Made by a program: the position numbers and the translations under genes. Shown here piece by piece: positions 61,518-64,000 of a DNA stretch of 64,000 nucleotides. The stretch comes from Camelus dromedarius (taxonomy: Eukaryota): positions 69,628,001 to 69,692,000 of the forward strand of contig NC_087437.1 in NCBI RefSeq assembly GCF_036321535.1. Reading direction: 5' to 3'. How positions within the stretch are numbered: the first letter of the stretch is position 1; each line of letters opens with the position of its first letter. The notes beneath the pieces were generated by a model, which was given only the letters and a program-made list of their open reading frames with translations, had not been told where the DNA came from and ran no database searches.

Positions 61518-61709
61518 GGGTGGTTCCCAAATGTAGGTGTTCCCAAGCATCACCTAGTGAGCTTTATCAGCACGTGGATTCCTGGGCCTCACCCCAAGCA
61601 GGTCTGACTCATTGAGTCTGTGGAAGGACCCAGTGATCTGCCTTGATGTTAAGCTCCCAGTGTGGTTCTCACATAGGTGATCTGTGGATCACACATTGGG
61701 AAGCGCTGG
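61518..61709. mobile_element. MER5A1-like MITE
   Basis: gtggttcccaaa...gattcctgggcctcacccc...ctcccag...gatcacacattgggaagcgctg. Confidence 0.75.
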
Positions 61710-62116
61710 AATGGATGCTGGCAGGAACCTGAGATAAGGAACCTGATTGCTACTCCCGGGCACAATATTTACATAATTTTTCTAAAGTGAAAACAAAAAG
61801 GAAAATGCATTGACTAACCTAACTACTTTATTTCAAAGTAGTGGGAAAAGTTTAAAAATCCATCTGAGGAGACATAATTTTTTGCAAAAATGCACAGAGG
61901 CCACTTATCAAGGGTATTGATGTACTAGACAATATATTGGACTAAAGTTTATGAAATACACAGAAAATGTGTTCAAAAGGATAAGTTTTAATAGTCTTTA
62001 TAGGAAAGCCCGTGGCCTCGCTTTGGTGAAGCCATTTCTTGGAAGTGCATAAATACTCATGGTCCAGGTCACCTGCTTTCTAAATATGTGATCCTTGGGT
62101 AGATTCCAGAGACTCT

Positions 62117-62414
62117 TTTTTTTTCCCTTGTTATTTTTTTTATTGAAGTTTAGTTGATTTACAATGTTGCTTTCAGTTGAACAGCAAAGCAATTCAGTTA
62201 TACATACACATGCATACTTTTTTATTTTTTTTTTGGGGGGGGGGAGTGGTTTGGAAGGGGAAGTAATTAGGTTTATTTACTTAATTATTTTTAAAGTGGA
62301 AGTACGGGGGATTGAACCCAGGACCTTGTGCATGCTAAGCCTGCACTCTGCCACTTGAGCTACACCCTCCCCACCTACATACACATGCATACATATTTTC
62401 AGTTTCTTCTCCAT
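62117..62414 (-). mobile_element. Very short L1 3' end, interrupted by a SINE
   Basis: Poly-T then ttattgaagtttagttgatttacaatg. TSD ttccaga(g/a)actct at 62104-62116 and 62415-62427. Confidence 0.85.
62218..62372 (-). mobile_element. Camelid-type tRNA-derived SINE nested in the L1 end
   Basis: ggggattgaacccaggaccttgtgcatgctaagc...ccacttgagctacaccctcccc. Perfect 17-bp TSD tacatacacatgcatac at 62201-62217 and 62376-62392. Confidence 0.93.
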
Positions 62415-62463
62415 TTCCAGAAACTCTGAAATAAATGGATAGCAGCATACTGAGTAGAGATGC

Positions 62464-62682
62464 TATCTCAGTCAGTTCAGGCTGCTATAGCAAAGTTCCA
62501 TAGCCTGGGCGGCTTACACAGCAGACATTTATTTCCCATAGTTCTGGAGGCGGAGATGTCCAGGATCAAGGTACCAGCAGATTCAGTATCTGGTGAGAGC
62601 CTGTTTCTTGGTTCATAGATAGCTGTAGGGTAGGATTTCAACATATGAATTTTGAGTGGACACAAGCATTCAGTCCATAACA
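62464..62682 (-). mobile_element. MaLR LTR (MLT1A-like), internally deleted
   Basis: tcaggctgctatagcaaa...atttatttcccatagttctggaggc...tctggtgagagcctg joined to ggatttcaacatatgaatttt...cattcagtccataaca. Confidence 0.85.
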
Positions 62683-64000
62683 ATATAACTTACAATGATC
62701 AAGTGTCTTAAACAAGCATTTGACAGGCCCTAGGTTGAAATCCATTAGTTAGCAACTGAATCTCTGTAGTTATTTTGTGCATTGCAGTTAAGATCCTTGT
62801 AAGGTGGGGATGGGAAGTGAGGGAGGAAAGCTTTCTAAACAGACAGATCAGCTTCCTAGAGCAAGATGAAATGGCTTCAACACAGGGCTGGGAAGTTGTG
62901 TGATATAAATACACGATTGAGTACATTTATGTGCTTGGTTGAGATACAAAGTTCTGTACTATATACTGTGAAAAAAAATGCTGAACCTAATATTTTTGCA
63001 TGACAGGTATTAGTTAGTACCTGCTCTCTCCATCCATAAAAGGTCTCCGCATAGACCCTATAAATTGTGTACTTTTAAGGTAGTGATTTTATGGCTCTTG
63101 CCTGTTAAGCCCTGGGTGGGGGGTTGGGGGGGGGAGGCTAGGCCACTAGCGAACGTAGACGTTCCCAGTGAGAAAAGAAGATAAGCGAAGTTTTGCTTGG
63201 GCTGAAGGAATATAAGAGAAGAAACACAGTAGGATGAAGGAGGGCTTATTCTACCCACACCTCGGACCTCCTCCCCTTTCCTAGGAGACTTGTAGTTCAT
63301 ATCATTGTGGAAAATCAGGTTGGGATTGTTCTCAGAATATTCGGGTCCAATGGCTATGATGCTAGCAGGGCACAAAGACCTCTGGGTAACAGTGCTGCGT
63401 CAAGGCCGGTTGGCTATCAATCAGTGACAGAAAGAGAGTCCTTAGAAGCCTCCAGCCTGGGAGGAATGGAGTTATTGACACCTAGGTGATGGGTCAAGTT
63501 CATAGTTTAGCCCCACTTTAGTCCCAGCTGGGGACTGGAGTGCAGTCTGAGAGCCAGGGACAAGGATGGAAGAGCAGTCAAGCAAACTGGGATGCAGGGT
63601 GGATGCAGCATAGGAAGGGAAAAGATACTTGACTGTGCATACAGGTGCCTGCCACCTTCAGGGTCAGCACACAAGTCCAGATCCCTCTCAGCAGTGGGCA
63701 GAGAGCTCCTAACAATTGGCCAGGCTCGAGTCTCACTGCTTCAGGGCGGATTGGGTCTGCAGGTCACAAGTCTGTAATAGACACAGTACGGGAGGTAGAG
63801 TGGAACAGACAATGCCCACGACCAGTCATTAAAACTCCTCACTGCTGAACTAATTAGAGAACTGCTCTGATTTTATGTGATATCAGCTTCCTTGCTACCA
63901 TTCCTCCTGTCATGTGGTATTGGTGTCATATTTTCCTGTTAATTCTTCTTTCCTTATGCCAGAAATAGAAAAATCTCAGAGATTTTCTTTTTCATTATAA

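Noticed and set aside
1..64000. CRISPR array, operon or other novel multi-gene system
   Set aside because: No repeat-spacer periodicity and no ORF over about 145 aa. The content is typical mammalian non-coding DNA.

Overview
Mammalian genomic DNA: AT-rich, CpG-depleted and without a recognisable gene. It is most likely camelid (alpaca/llama/camel), because it carries four copies of a tRNA-derived SINE beginning GGGGAGGGTATAGCTCAAGTGGTAGAG. I cannot support any protein-coding exon, RNA gene or CRISPR array. The listed ORFs are short, and many sit in repeats or microsatellites. The window is a layered record of transposons: L2, MIR, CR1/L3, hAT and Tigger DNA elements, MaLR and ERV1 LTRs, old L1M elements, younger L1 3' ends and SINEs. 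These are separated by repeat-poor blocks that may hold regulatory elements. The most striking structure, readable base by base, is a triple nest at 14.6-16.0 kb. A MER31/MER67-type solo LTR contains an oppositely oriented LTR of the same group (4-bp TSD AGAG) and a twin-primed, 5'-inverted L1 end (13-bp TSD). Younger L1s and most LTRs lie on the minus strand, which hints at an intron of a plus-strand gene. I found no evidence for a new biological system. Repeat family names come from recalled consensus sequences, not from a database search. Boundaries without a TSD or TIR are approximate.
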